NCBI GenBank assembly: GCA_963677435.1
Contig: OY781945.1
Span: 224,001-288,000 of the forward strand
Source: an uncultured Aliarcobacter sp.
Lineage (GTDB): Bacteria > Campylobacterota > Campylobacteria > Campylobacterales > Arcobacteraceae
DNA length: 64,000 nt
Direction: 5' to 3'
Shown here: in pieces, positions 1 to 10,644 of the stretch
Position numbering within the stretch: the stretch's first letter is position 1
Layout: the number at the start of each line of letters is the position of its first letter
The notes under the pieces: generated by a model
The model's database searches: none
What the model saw: the letters and a program-made list of their open reading frames with translations, nothing else
What the model was told of the DNA's origin: nothing
Program-made: the position numbers and the translations under genes

Positions 1-352
1 GAAAAAACCTTTTTTTATTGATGAACTAGAAATAAAAATAGAAAAACTTTGTAATATTGAAGACAAAAATATCTATTTTGATGAAAATTCATATTTTGAC
101 TTCAAATCAGCTACAGTTGTAATTGATAATAAAGAGATAAGATTAACAAAAAAAGAAAAACTTTTAATGAATTTATTTCTTAGTAAAAAAAATCAAGTTT
201 TAACTTATGAAACAATAGAGAACTATGTATGGGAGGGGAGTTTCGTCTCTTTGGAATCAATACGAAGTTTAATAAGAAGATTGAGAAAATTATTAGATAA
301 AGAGTATATTCAAACAGTAGTTGACACCGGTTATATTTTTAAAATAAGCTAA
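1..352 (+). CDS. OmpR-family response regulator, C-terminal part (5' end outside window)
   Basis: Frame open from base 2: KKPFFIDEL (receiver end), LTKKEKLL, and VWEG...SIRSLIRRLRK...IQTVVDTGY winged helix. Confidence 0.9.
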   Translation, partial: KKPFFIDELEIKIEKLCNIEDKNIYFDENSYFDFKSATVVIDNKEIRLTKKEKLLMNLFLSKKNQVLTYETIENYVWEGSFVSLESIRSLIRRLRKLLDKEYIQTVVDTGYIFKIS

Positions 353-417
353 AATATCATATCATTATCATTCCGTAAGGTTAAAATTTAAAACTAACAA
401 ATCTAAGGAGAAATGAA

Positions 418-1485
418 ATGTTAAAATTTACGACGAAATTACTTGTTACATCTGCACTTATTGCAGGTCTATCAACAGTTGCAAGTGCTGCTGACAAGGT
501 TATTAAATGGAAGCTTGCTACAACATGGGGTTCAACACTTACACCATTTATTGATGCACCGACAAATATGGCTAAACTTGTAGAAGAGATGTCTGATGGG
601 AAATTCCAAATTAGAATTGATGCTGCAAATAAACATAAAGCACCACTTGGTATTTTAGATATGGTAAAAGGTGGTCAATATGAAATGGGTCACTCTGCTT
701 CATATTACTGGAAAGGTAAAGATATCGAACTTTTACCATTTACAACAATGCCATTTGGTATGACTGCACCTGAGCAATATGCATGGTTCTACTATGGTGG
801 TGGAATGGAATTAATGCAAAAAGCATATAAAAAACATGGTGTTTTATCATTCCCAGGTGGAAATACTGGTAACCAAATGGGTGGTTGGTTCAGAAAAGAA
901 ATCAACACACTTGATGACTTAAAAGGTCTAAAAATGAGAATTCCAGGATTTGCTGGAGAAGTTATGGCAAAACTAGGATTATCAGTTACTAATATAGCTC
1001 CAGGTGAATTGTATACATCACTTGAAAGAGGAACTATTGATGCATTGGAATGGGTTGGCCCTGGAATGGATATCAATATGGGATTCCACAAAATTGCACC
1101 TTATTATTACACAGGTTGGCATGAACCAGCAACTGAATTACAATTTATGGTAAATGAAAAAGACTTTAATAAATTACCAAAAGATTATCAACAAATTTTA
1201 TTAACTGCAATGAGAGTAAGTGCATATGATATGTATATTCAAAATTATCATATGAGTAGTGAAGCTTGGGCAACAATGTTAACAGAATTCCCAAATATCA
1301 AAGTTAAAACTTTCCCAAAACTAGTTATGGATGCTATGAAAAAAGCAAATGATGAGTTATTAACTGAACTTAAAGCTGAATCTCCATTATTAAAAGAGAC
1401 TTTAGATTCTCAAGCTGCTTACCAAAAGAAAGCAAGAGAATGGACAAAAATGTCTGATTACTTATATTTAAAAGACAATTTATAA
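418..1485 (+). CDS. dctP: TRAP transporter substrate-binding protein (monocarboxylate/lactate type)
   Basis: Signal peptide, NTGNQMGGWF, KMRIPG, TGWHEP motifs; RBS AAGGAG. Confidence 0.9.
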   Translation: MLKFTTKLLVTSALIAGLSTVASAADKVIKWKLATTWGSTLTPFIDAPTNMAKLVEEMSDGKFQIRIDAANKHKAPLGILDMVKGGQYEMGHSASYYWKGKDIELLPFTTMPFGMTAPEQYAWFYYGGGMELMQKAYKKHGVLSFPGGNTGNQMGGWFRKEINTLDDLKGLKMRIPGFAGEVMAKLGLSVTNIAPGELYTSLERGTIDALEWVGPGMDINMGFHKIAPYYYTGWHEPATELQFMVNEKDFNKLPKDYQQILLTAMRVSAYDMYIQNYHMSSEAWATMLTEFPNIKVKTFPKLVMDAMKKANDELLTELKAESPLLKETLDSQAAYQKKAREWTKMSDYLYLKDNL

Positions 1486-1491
1486 AAACTT

Positions 1492-1517
1492 TCTAACTCT
1501 CTTTTACGAGAGTTAGA
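1492..1517 (+). terminator. Hairpin after dctP (mRNA stabiliser or partial terminator)
   Basis: TCTAACTCTC-ttttac-GAGAGTTAGA, 10-bp perfect stem. Confidence 0.6.
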
Positions 1518-1597
1518 TTATCTAGCACTGAAATAAATCAAATAAATCTACCTTAATATGTTTATTTGAGTTATTTAAAATTACAAAAGGATTATAT

Positions 1598-2209
1598 ATG
1601 CTGTTAAAGCTTGAAAAAGGTTTTGATAAGTTTGCAGATATAATAGGATATTTCACTGCTTTTGTAATGGTACTAATGATATTAAATGTAACTTATGATG
1701 TTGTCATGAGATATTTTTTTAATACAGGTAGCATTGCAATGCAAGAGATGGAATGGCACCTATTTTCTGTGATTATACTATTAGGTATCTCTTACACTTT
1801 AAAAGAAGATGGACATGTAAGAGTTGATATTATTTATGATAGATTAACTGATAAAAAGAAAGCTAGAATAAATATGGCAGGAGTTGTTTTATTTATTCTT
1901 CCTGTTGCACTATTAATTGGAATTGAATCTATTCCTTATGTAGTAGAATCATTTGCATCAAATGAACAAAGTGGCGATCCAGGTGGCTTACCATATAGAT
2001 GGATAGTAAAATCTATGATTCCATTATCTTTTTTCCTATTAATTATCACATCAATTGGATTTTTTATTAAAAATTTAAATGTGTATAAAGGTCTTAGATC
2101 AATGGATGGATACAATTTAAAAGGTGAAATTGAGAATTTAAAAAATGAATTAAAACAACACAAACATCATGTTGTTGATTTAGAAGATACAAAAGGAGAG
2201 AACAAATGA
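1598..2209 (+). CDS. dctQ: TRAP small permease
   Basis: 4 TM segments, GHVRVD motif, lies between dctP and dctM. Confidence 0.9.
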   Translation: MLLKLEKGFDKFADIIGYFTAFVMVLMILNVTYDVVMRYFFNTGSIAMQEMEWHLFSVIILLGISYTLKEDGHVRVDIIYDRLTDKKKARINMAGVVLFILPVALLIGIESIPYVVESFASNEQSGDPGGLPYRWIVKSMIPLSFFLLIITSIGFFIKNLNVYKGLRSMDGYNLKGEIENLKNELKQHKHHVVDLEDTKGENK

Positions 2210-3567
2210 TAGGTATTGTTATGTTCTTCGCTTCATTAGTAATGTTATCTTTTGGTTTTCCAGTAGCATTTACTTTTGCAGCAGTATCTTTATTTTTTGG
2301 AATAATGGCTGGTATTCTTGAAGTTGGTTTTGACAATGGAATACTAGATGGTTTAGTTGATGGTTTAGATGAAGGTCTAGCAATGTTTGACTTTATGCCT
2401 TATAGAATTATGTCTATAATGCAAAATACAATATTAATGGCTGTTCCTATGTTTATTTTCATGGGGATAATCTTACAAAAAACAGGACTTGCTGAAAAAT
2501 TACTTGAATCAATGGCTTTTCTTTTTGGGGAAGTTAGAGGTGGAGTTGCAATTTCTACAGTTTTAGTTGGAACTTTACTTGCTGCATCAACAGGAGTTGT
2601 TGGAGCATCAGTTGTTGCAATGGGTGTTATTTCACTTCCCGTTATGATGAAATATAAGTATAATCTTCCACTAGCAACTGGAACTATTTGTGCTTCTGGA
2701 ACATTAGGACAAATTATTCCACCATCAATTGTATTAATTATTTTAGGTGATGTATTCCAAGTTCCTGTTGGTGATTTATTCTCTGCTGCTGTTTGGCCAG
2801 GGCTTACACTTGTTGCAGCATACATTATATTTATATTAATTGTGTCTTATTTCAAAAAAGATATGGCACCAGCAATTCCAAAAGATCCATCTAGAGGAAA
2901 TAAAACTAAACAAGTAATTTCAGCTTTAATAGCAATTATTCCATCTTTAACACTTATTATAATGGTTTTAGGTTCAATATTTGCAGGTGTTGCAACTCCT
3001 ACTGAATCTTCAGCAGTTGGTTGTATTGGAGCTATGTTACTAGCTATTTTATATAGATCTTTTTCAATAGGTATGGTAAAAGAAGCAGCTTTTGAATCAG
3101 TTAAAATTACTTCAATGGTTTTTGGTATTTTAATTGGGGCAACTGCATTTTCTATGGTATTTACTTATACAGGTGGTGATCAATTAGTTGAACACTTTAT
3201 GATGAATTTACCAGGTGATGAGAAATTCGGATTTATATTATTTACAATGTTAGCAATATTTATTTTAGGATTCTTTATTGATTTCGTTGAGATTTCATAT
3301 ATTATTGTTCCTATTCTTGTACCTATTGCTACAAATTTAGATATTAGTCCTATTTGGTTTGCAATATTAATTGCAATGAATTTACAAACATCGTTCTTAA
3401 CACCTCCATTTGGTTTCTCCCTTTTCTACTTAAAAGGAGTTGTACCTGCTAGTGTTAGAACTGTTGATATTTATAAAGGTGTTCTTCCATTTATTATTAT
3501 TCAAATATTTGTATTAATGCTAATTGTCTTTTATCCAGAAGTTTTTGGAATAAATCCAAAACTATAA
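2206..3567 (+). CDS. dctM: TRAP large permease
   Basis: GTLGQIIPPS, ATPTE, FLTPPFG motifs. Confidence 0.93.
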   Translation: MIGIVMFFASLVMLSFGFPVAFTFAAVSLFFGIMAGILEVGFDNGILDGLVDGLDEGLAMFDFMPYRIMSIMQNTILMAVPMFIFMGIILQKTGLAEKLLESMAFLFGEVRGGVAISTVLVGTLLAASTGVVGASVVAMGVISLPVMMKYKYNLPLATGTICASGTLGQIIPPSIVLIILGDVFQVPVGDLFSAAVWPGLTLVAAYIIFILIVSYFKKDMAPAIPKDPSRGNKTKQVISALIAIIPSLTLIIMVLGSIFAGVATPTESSAVGCIGAMLLAILYRSFSIGMVKEAAFESVKITSMVFGILIGATAFSMVFTYTGGDQLVEHFMMNLPGDEKFGFILFTMLAIFILGFFIDFVEISYIIVPILVPIATNLDISPIWFAILIAMNLQTSFLTPPFGFSLFYLKGVVPASVRTVDIYKGVLPFIIIQIFVLMLIVFYPEVFGINPKL

Positions 3568-3597
3568 TAGTAAAAGAGGGGAAAGCCTCTTTTACTA
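3568..3597 (+). terminator. Intrinsic terminator of the TRAP operon
   Basis: TAGTAAAAGAGG-ggaaag-CCTCTTTTACTA directly after the stop codon. Confidence 0.8.
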
Positions 3598-3782
3598 CAT
3601 AATTGAGAAGTAAAATGAAAACTTGCAAATACTTTTTAGAACTAATCTTCAATATCATATATAAAATCAAAGATAAAATGTTTGCTTTTATATATGATCC
3701 TCAACAAAGAATATACACAGTACCCAGACTAGAGTAACAATTTATTTATTTTTCATAAACAAAAAAATAAAAAAGGATAAAA

Positions 3783-6620
3783 ATGTTAGATAGTAAATAC
3801 CAAAAATTTTACGATGAAATCGTAAAGAAAATTGAAAAAGAAAAAATCTTCACAGATAAACTTCACACACTGGCTTATGGAACAGATGCTTCGTTCTATA
3901 GATTAATTCCAAAAATTGTAATTAAAACAGATAATGCAAAAGAGGTACAAGATATTATTGAATTATCAAATTCAATGAATTTAAGCATAACTTTTAGAGC
4001 AGCTGGAACATCACTATCTGGTCAAGCAATTAGTGATTCAATATTAATCATCACATCAAGAAAATTTTCAGACTTCAAGATTTCACCAGATGCTAGTTTT
4101 ATCTCACTTCAACCAGCACTTACAGGTGCACAAGCAAATGGATTATTAGCAAGATATTCTAAAAAAATCGGACCAGATCCAGCTAGTATTAATGCTGCTA
4201 TGATTGGTGGAATTGCTGCAAATAATGCTTCAGGAATGTGTTGTGGAATTTCACAAAATTCATATAAAACACTAAAATCAATGAAGTTAATTTTTGCAGA
4301 TGGAGCAAAACTTGACACAGGATGTAATGAAAGCAAAGAAGCATTTAGAAAAACTCATGGAGAATTTCTAAAAAGTCTAAAAAGTTTCTCTGATGATACA
4401 AAAAATAATGAAGAACTAAGAGCAAAAATTGAGCGAAAATTTAAAATCAAAAATACTTGTGGTTACTCATTAAATTCATTAATTGATTTTGATGATGAAT
4501 TTGAAATATTAGAGCATTTAATCATTGGAAGTGAGGGAACTTTAGCATTTATTGAAGAGATTACATATTACACAGTTGAAGATTTAAAAGATAAAGCTAG
4601 TTCACTTATTTATTTTAAAGATATGAATGAAGCATGTTCTGCGGTTACAAAATTAAAACTTGCAAAAGATGCAAATAAAATCACTGTTGATGCTGTTGAG
4701 TTAATGGATAGAGCAGGTTTAAAAAGTATTGAAAACGATCCCGCAATGCCAGAGTTTATAAAAGATTTAGATGAAAATGTAACAGCACTTTTAATAGAAA
4801 CAAGAGCAATTAGTGATGCACAATTAGATATTCAAACAGCACAAATTGAAGAGATATTAAAAGAGTTTACAGTTGTAAGAGATATTTATTTCACAAAAGA
4901 TGTAGCAGAATATACACTTTATTGGAAAATCAGAAAAGGTTTATTTCCAGCAGTTGGAGCCGTAAGAGTTACAGGAACAACTGTAATTATAGAAGATGTT
5001 GCATATCCTATTGAATGCTTAGCAGAAGCAACACTTGAACTTCAAGAACTATTTAAAAAACATGGTTACTCAGAAGCTTTAATTTTTGGTCATGCCCTTG
5101 AGGGAAATTTCCACTTTGTATTTACTCAAGATTTCTCAGATCCAAAAGAGATAAAAAGATATGATGATTTAATGAACGAAGTTGTTCACTCAGTTGCCGT
5201 TAAATATCAAGGAAGTCTAAAAGCAGAACACGGAACAGGAAGAAACATGGCTGCATTTATAGAAGTAGAGTGGGGATATGATGCTTATATTATGATGAAA
5301 AAAATCAAATCATTATTTGACCCAAAAGGACTTTTAAATCCAGGTGTTATAATAAATGATGATGCACAAGCTCACTTAAAAAATCTAAAAACACTTCCAG
5401 CAACAAACGAAATTGTTGATAAATGTATTGAATGTGGATTTTGTGAACCAACATGTCCATCAAATGAACTTACTTTAACTCCAAGACAAAGAATTGTAAT
5501 TAATAGAGAAATTTCAAGACTTGAAAGTATTGGAAATAAAAAAGAAGCAAAAGAGTATAAAGATTTATACCAATATGATGGAATAGAAACTTGTGCAACT
5601 TGTAGTTTATGTTCAACTGCTTGTCCTGTAAAAATTGATACGGGAAGTTTAACAAAACATTTAAGAGCTGAACAAATCTCAACTACGGGAAAAGCAATTG
5701 CAAATTTTGTGGCAAATAATTTCTCAACAACACTTAAAGGTGTTAGGTTTGGACTTCATAGTGCAAACTTTATTCATAAAGTTCTAGGAACTCCAAGTAT
5801 GGAAACAATGACTAAAACATTTAGAGGTTTTAGTAGTTCAATTCCTAAATGGAGTGTAACAATGCCTATAGGAACAAATATTGATTTAAATTTTGAACAA
5901 AAAGTAAGTGACAAAAAAGTAGTATATTTTCCTTCATGTCTAAATAGAAGTATGGGACTAAATGCTGTATCAAAAGAAGAAAAACAACTGTTTGAAACTA
6001 CTGTTGAATTATTATTAAAAGCTGGTTACCAAATACTATTCCCTGAAAATTTATCAAACTTATGTTGTGGTATGCCATTTTCATCAAAAGGTTTTGATGA
6101 AGCAGCACACACAAAATCATCTCAATTAGAACAAGCACTATTAAAAGTAAGTAATTCAGGAGAATATCCAGTATTATGTGACACAAGTCCTTGTACTAAA
6201 AAAATGATGGAAAGCTTTACAAAGAAAATTAACATTTATGAACCAATAGAATTTGCTTTAGAATTTTTAACAAAAGAGTTAGAATTCACAGCAATAAATG
6301 AAGCAATTACAATTCATACAACTTGTAGTTCAAGAAAAATGGGATTAGAAGATAAATTCAAAACTTTAGCATCATTGTGTTCAACAAATGTAATAATTCC
6401 AGCAGATGTAAAATGCTGTGGTTTTGCAGGTGATAGAGGATTTAATTTCCCTGAACTAAATAAATCAGCATTAACACATCTAAAAGAGCAAACAAAAGGT
6501 GCAAAAATGGCATTTTCAACATCTAAAACTTGTGAGATAGGACTAAGCGAAGAATCAGGATTAGACTACAACTCAATATTTTATTTAATTAATAAAGTAA
6601 CTAAAACTAAAACTTTATAA
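3783..6620 (+). CDS. FAD-linked, Fe-S D-lactate dehydrogenase (Dld-II type)
   Basis: YGTDASFY, FRAAGTSLSGQA, KAEHGTGR, two CxxCxxCxxxCP motifs, CCG domains; 945 aa. Confidence 0.85.
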   Translation: MLDSKYQKFYDEIVKKIEKEKIFTDKLHTLAYGTDASFYRLIPKIVIKTDNAKEVQDIIELSNSMNLSITFRAAGTSLSGQAISDSILIITSRKFSDFKISPDASFISLQPALTGAQANGLLARYSKKIGPDPASINAAMIGGIAANNASGMCCGISQNSYKTLKSMKLIFADGAKLDTGCNESKEAFRKTHGEFLKSLKSFSDDTKNNEELRAKIERKFKIKNTCGYSLNSLIDFDDEFEILEHLIIGSEGTLAFIEEITYYTVEDLKDKASSLIYFKDMNEACSAVTKLKLAKDANKITVDAVELMDRAGLKSIENDPAMPEFIKDLDENVTALLIETRAISDAQLDIQTAQIEEILKEFTVVRDIYFTKDVAEYTLYWKIRKGLFPAVGAVRVTGTTVIIEDVAYPIECLAEATLELQELFKKHGYSEALIFGHALEGNFHFVFTQDFSDPKEIKRYDDLMNEVVHSVAVKYQGSLKAEHGTGRNMAAFIEVEWGYDAYIMMKKIKSLFDPKGLLNPGVIINDDAQAHLKNLKTLPATNEIVDKCIECGFCEPTCPSNELTLTPRQRIVINREISRLESIGNKKEAKEYKDLYQYDGIETCATCSLCSTACPVKIDTGSLTKHLRAEQISTTGKAIANFVANNFSTTLKGVRFGLHSANFIHKVLGTPSMETMTKTFRGFSSSIPKWSVTMPIGTNIDLNFEQKVSDKKVVYFPSCLNRSMGLNAVSKEEKQLFETTVELLLKAGYQILFPENLSNLCCGMPFSSKGFDEAAHTKSSQLEQALLKVSNSGEYPVLCDTSPCTKKMMESFTKKINIYEPIEFALEFLTKELEFTAINEAITIHTTCSSRKMGLEDKFKTLASLCSTNVIIPADVKCCGFAGDRGFNFPELNKSALTHLKEQTKGAKMAFSTSKTCEIGLSEESGLDYNSIFYLINKVTKTKTL

Positions 6621-6691
6621 TCTTTTTTCCAACAAAACAGATATTTACCATTTTTTTGGTAAAATATCTGCTTTATGAAAAAGGAAAATCT

Positions 6692-7516
6692 ATGTACAAA
6701 CTTTTTTTAACTCTACTTGTAAGTTCAGGAATATCATTTGCAGGTATGATAAATGGTGTTGCTTTAATTGTTAATGATGAACCAATTACATTATATGATA
6801 TTGATAATACTATGTCAGTAAATAAAATAGGTAAAAACCAAGCTGTTGGATTACTAATAGATAAAGCTCTATATGAACAATCTATAAAAGAGAACAATAT
6901 CACAGCAGACATTTTTGAAATCAATGATTATATTGAAAAATTAGCTAATGCTAATGGTATGGATTTATATACATTTAAATCAGTGGTGAAGCAAAAATAT
7001 CCTGATTACTCACAATTTGAAAATGAAGCAAAAGATGCTGTAATTAGACAAAAACTAATTCAAAAAATTGTAAAAGGTCAACTTGCAATTGCTACAGAAG
7101 AAGATATGCAACTTTATTATGAAAAAAATAAAGAACAATTCTCAACTTCAAAATTTTATGAAGTAACACAGTATACATCTAAAAATAAAGCCTCTTTAAA
7201 TAATGCAATAAGAAACCCAATGGTAATTCCTTCTGATGTAGAAAGAACACCTATAAGATTGGCAAGTGATAAATTACAACCTCAAATGCAATATTTATTA
7301 AACGAAACTAAAACAAACAGTTTCACACCAATTTTTACAGCTAATAAACAATTTGTTTCTTTATTTGTTACAAGAAAAGAAGGAACAACTTCACTTAATT
7401 TTGAAAGTGTTAAAGCAAAAATATTTAATGACATGATGAGTTTAAGAGAAAAAAAATATCTAAAAGATTATTTTGAAAAACAAAAATTAACAGCTGATAT
7501 TAAAATAGTAAGATAA
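6692..7516 (+). CDS. SurA-like periplasmic chaperone/PPIase
   Basis: Signal peptide, VALIVNDEPIT, A-x-IK C-terminus; start reset to ATG 6692 after AAGGA. Confidence 0.75.
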   Translation: MYKLFLTLLVSSGISFAGMINGVALIVNDEPITLYDIDNTMSVNKIGKNQAVGLLIDKALYEQSIKENNITADIFEINDYIEKLANANGMDLYTFKSVVKQKYPDYSQFENEAKDAVIRQKLIQKIVKGQLAIATEEDMQLYYEKNKEQFSTSKFYEVTQYTSKNKASLNNAIRNPMVIPSDVERTPIRLASDKLQPQMQYLLNETKTNSFTPIFTANKQFVSLFVTRKEGTTSLNFESVKAKIFNDMMSLREKKYLKDYFEKQKLTADIKIVR

Positions 7517-7530
7517 AGGGAATATGAAAT

Positions 7531-8958
7531 ATGTTTGAAGTAATTATAGGATTAGAAGTACATGTACAATTAAATACAAATAGTAAACTTTTTTGCTCAT
7601 GTGCCACAAGTTTCGGAGAAGAACCAAACACGAATGTATGTCCAACTTGTTTAGGATTACCAGGAGCACTTCCTTCTCTAAATAAGGAAGCAGTTCATAA
7701 AGCAATTATGCTAGGAACTGCACTTAAAGCACAAATAAATCAAAAATCAGTATTTAATAGAAAGAACTACTTCTATCCAGATTTACCAAATGGTTATCAA
7801 ATCTCTCAATTTGAAGTTCCTGTTGTAGGACTTGGTGAATTAGTAATTGATTTTCCAGATGGTAGACAAAAAACTATTGGAGTTACAAGAGCACACTTAG
7901 AAAATGATGCAGGGAAAAATATCCACGCAGGAAGTGTTTCTCAAGTTGATTTAAATAGAGCAGGAACTCCACTACTTGAAATCGTTTCTGAACCTGATAT
8001 GAGAAATGCAGAAGAAGCTATTTTATACTTAAAAAAACTACACTCGATTGTGAGATATTTAGGTATTAGTGATGCTAATATGCAAGAGGGTTCATTTAGA
8101 TGTGATGTAAATGTTTCAATAAGACCAAAAGGTGATAAAAACCTTTATACAAGATGTGAAATAAAAAATATGAACTCGTTTAAATTTATTGAAAAAGCAA
8201 TTGCTTATGAAGTAAATAGACACATGGAAGCATGGGAAGACGGTATTCATTCAACTGAAATTGTTCAAGAAACAAGACTTTTTGATCCAAATAGTGGAGA
8301 GACAAGATCAATGAGAGGAAAAGAAGATGCTGCTGATTATAGATATTTTCCAGATCCAGACCTTTTACCTGTAATTATTACAGATGAAATGCTTGCTAAA
8401 TATTCAGTAATTCCAGAACTTCCTGATGAGAAAAAAGAGAGATTTGTAAAAGATTTCGGCCTTAAAGAGTATGATGCTTCTGTTATTACAGCATCTCTTG
8501 AAATGGCTAAATATTTTGATGAAATGATGTCAGAGGGAATTAGTGCAAAAAATGCTACAACTTGGTTAACTGTTGAATTATTAGCAAGACTAAAAGAGGG
8601 TGCTTCACTTGAAGAATCGATTATTGATGCAAAAACTTTAGCAACTCTTGTAAAAAGAATTGAAGATAATACAATATCTGGAAAAGCAGCAAAAGAAGTA
8701 CTAGATTTCCTAATAGAAAATGAATCAACAGATGTTGATACAGCCATTGAAAAATTAGGCCTTAAACAAGTATCTGATGATGGTGCGCTGTTGGCTATTA
8801 TTGACTCAATACTTGCAGCAAATCAAGATAAAGTAGCTGAATATAAATCAGGTAAAGATAAGCTATTTGGTTTCTTTGTAGGTCAAACTATGAAAGAATC
8901 AAAAGGTAGTGCAAATCCTGCTAAAGTAAATGACCTATTAAAACAAAGATTATCTTAA
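7531..8958 (+). CDS. gatB: Asp/Glu-tRNA amidotransferase subunit B
   Basis: [29 protein letters not shown]. Confidence 0.98.
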   Translation: MFEVIIGLEVHVQLNTNSKLFCSCATSFGEEPNTNVCPTCLGLPGALPSLNKEAVHKAIMLGTALKAQINQKSVFNRKNYFYPDLPNGYQISQFEVPVVGLGELVIDFPDGRQKTIGVTRAHLENDAGKNIHAGSVSQVDLNRAGTPLLEIVSEPDMRNAEEAILYLKKLHSIVRYLGISDANMQEGSFRCDVNVSIRPKGDKNLYTRCEIKNMNSFKFIEKAIAYEVNRHMEAWEDGIHSTEIVQETRLFDPNSGETRSMRGKEDAADYRYFPDPDLLPVIITDEMLAKYSVIPELPDEKKERFVKDFGLKEYDASVITASLEMAKYFDEMMSEGISAKNATTWLTVELLARLKEGASLEESIIDAKTLATLVKRIEDNTISGKAAKEVLDFLIENESTDVDTAIEKLGLKQVSDDGALLAIIDSILAANQDKVAEYKSGKDKLFGFFVGQTMKESKGSANPAKVNDLLKQRLS

Positions 8959-9854
8959 TGAAAAATAACTCTATTGCAGTAATTGGTGCGGGGAAATGGG
9001 GACAAGCTCTTCATTTTGCACTTTCTCAAAAACAAAAATGTTTAATAAGTTCTAGAACTCCTAGAGATATTGAAAACTTTGTTGATTTAAAAACTGCTTT
9101 AGAGTGTAAATACTTAATCATTGCAATTCCTGCCCAAGAGATTAGGTCTTGGTTAAAAGAAAACTTTGTTTTTTCTGGCCAAAAAATTCTCGTAGCCTCA
9201 AAAGGAATTGAAGCTTCAAGCGGAGAATTTCTAAATGAAATTTATTCTGATTTTGTAGTAGATAAAAATATAGGTTTTATTTCTGGGCCATCATTTGCAG
9301 CAGAAGTTATAAAAGGACTTCCTTGTGCTTTAGTTTTGAATTCTACTTCAAAAAAATTATACAAAGAGTTCAAACCTTTTTTCCCAAGTTTTATTAAAAC
9401 TTATTACAGTTCTGATGTTATTGGAGCAGAAGTTGCCGGTGCATATAAAAATGTTTTAGCAATTGCAAGTGGAATTTGTGAAGGGTTAAATCTTGGTAAA
9501 AATGCTCAAGCTTCTTTAATTGCAAGAGGTTTAGTAGAAATGGAAAGATTTGGTAGATTCTTTGGCTCAAAAAAATCAACTTTTTTAGGTTTGAGTGGAG
9601 CAGGAGATCTATTTTTGACTGCAAACTCTACAATGAGTAGAAACTATAGAGTAGGACTTGGTCTTGCTTCAAATAAAAAAATTGATGAAATTTTAAAAGA
9701 ATTAGGTGAAGTGGCAGAGGGTATTAAAACAGCTGATGCCATATATAACCTATCAATTACACATGAAATATATACACCAATTGCAAATGAAGTGAAACTT
9801 ATATTAGATGGTAAAAATCCAAAAGATAGTTTAAAAGATTTATTAAAACATTAA
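8958..9854 (+). CDS. gpsA: NAD(P)H-dependent glycerol-3-phosphate dehydrogenase
   Basis: GAGKWG, SKGIE, SGPSFA, GDLFLT, SRNY. Confidence 0.95.
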   Translation: MKNNSIAVIGAGKWGQALHFALSQKQKCLISSRTPRDIENFVDLKTALECKYLIIAIPAQEIRSWLKENFVFSGQKILVASKGIEASSGEFLNEIYSDFVVDKNIGFISGPSFAAEVIKGLPCALVLNSTSKKLYKEFKPFFPSFIKTYYSSDVIGAEVAGAYKNVLAIASGICEGLNLGKNAQASLIARGLVEMERFGRFFGSKKSTFLGLSGAGDLFLTANSTMSRNYRVGLGLASNKKIDEILKELGEVAEGIKTADAIYNLSITHEIYTPIANEVKLILDGKNPKDSLKDLLKH

Positions 9855-9863
9855 TTATAAATT

Positions 9864-10574
9864 ATGAATAAATTTATAATTACACTTAGTTTTATTTTAG
9901 TTGCAACAGTTCATTTAATAGTTATCTATCTATTAAAAGCAGATAAAATTGAGCAAAATCAACAGCAATCAAGTACTATTATCTCATTACAACTTTCAAA
10001 TATACAAACAAAAAAAGAAGTATTAAAAGAAGAAATTGTAACTCAAAAAGAGATTATAAAACCAAAAAATGAATCTAAAATAATAAAACAAATAGAAAAA
10101 CCAGTTGAAGCCAAAAAAGAGATTACAAAACATAGTATTACTCCTCTTGTTTCAAAAGAATCAATAAAAGAAAATTCTCAAATGAATATGACTCAAGAAG
10201 TAAAAGAAGTAGAAAATAGTAATTTGCAAGATGAAATTAAAAAAAATCTAATTTCACAAAATCAAATAGATAAAGAAGAAATCTTTATCCAAAACTATAT
10301 GTCAAAATTAAGAGAAGAGATAAACAAAAATAAAAATTATCCTATTATCTCAAGAAAATTAAAAGAAGAAGGTAAAGTAATAGTTAGCTTTAGAGTCCAA
10401 AAAAGTGGCTTATTTGATAATATAAAGCTAAAACACTCGTGTAATATCAAAAGACTAGATGAAGCAGCTTTAAACGCTTTATATGAGACAAAAAAGTATA
10501 AAGCTTTTGATAAAGATATAAATAAAGAGTATCTAGATTTTGATGTTCCATTAGAATTTGTTGTAATAAATTAA
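9864..10574 (+). CDS. TonB-family energy transducer
   Basis: N-terminal TM with His, charged linker, YP...EEGKV...LDEAAL C-terminal domain. Confidence 0.85.
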   Translation: MNKFIITLSFILVATVHLIVIYLLKADKIEQNQQQSSTIISLQLSNIQTKKEVLKEEIVTQKEIIKPKNESKIIKQIEKPVEAKKEITKHSITPLVSKESIKENSQMNMTQEVKEVENSNLQDEIKKNLISQNQIDKEEIFIQNYMSKLREEINKNKNYPIISRKLKEEGKVIVSFRVQKSGLFDNIKLKHSCNIKRLDEAALNALYETKKYKAFDKDINKEYLDFDVPLEFVVIN

Positions 10575-10644
10575 AAATAAATGTTATTTAGCTTTTACAA
10601 TGTTTTAGCTAAAGTACATATACAAATAGTAAAAAGGAATAAAA

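Noticed and set aside
3621..3640. TTTGCA on the minus strand as a sigma-54 -12 box
   Set aside because: No GG at the -24 position and no gene in that direction
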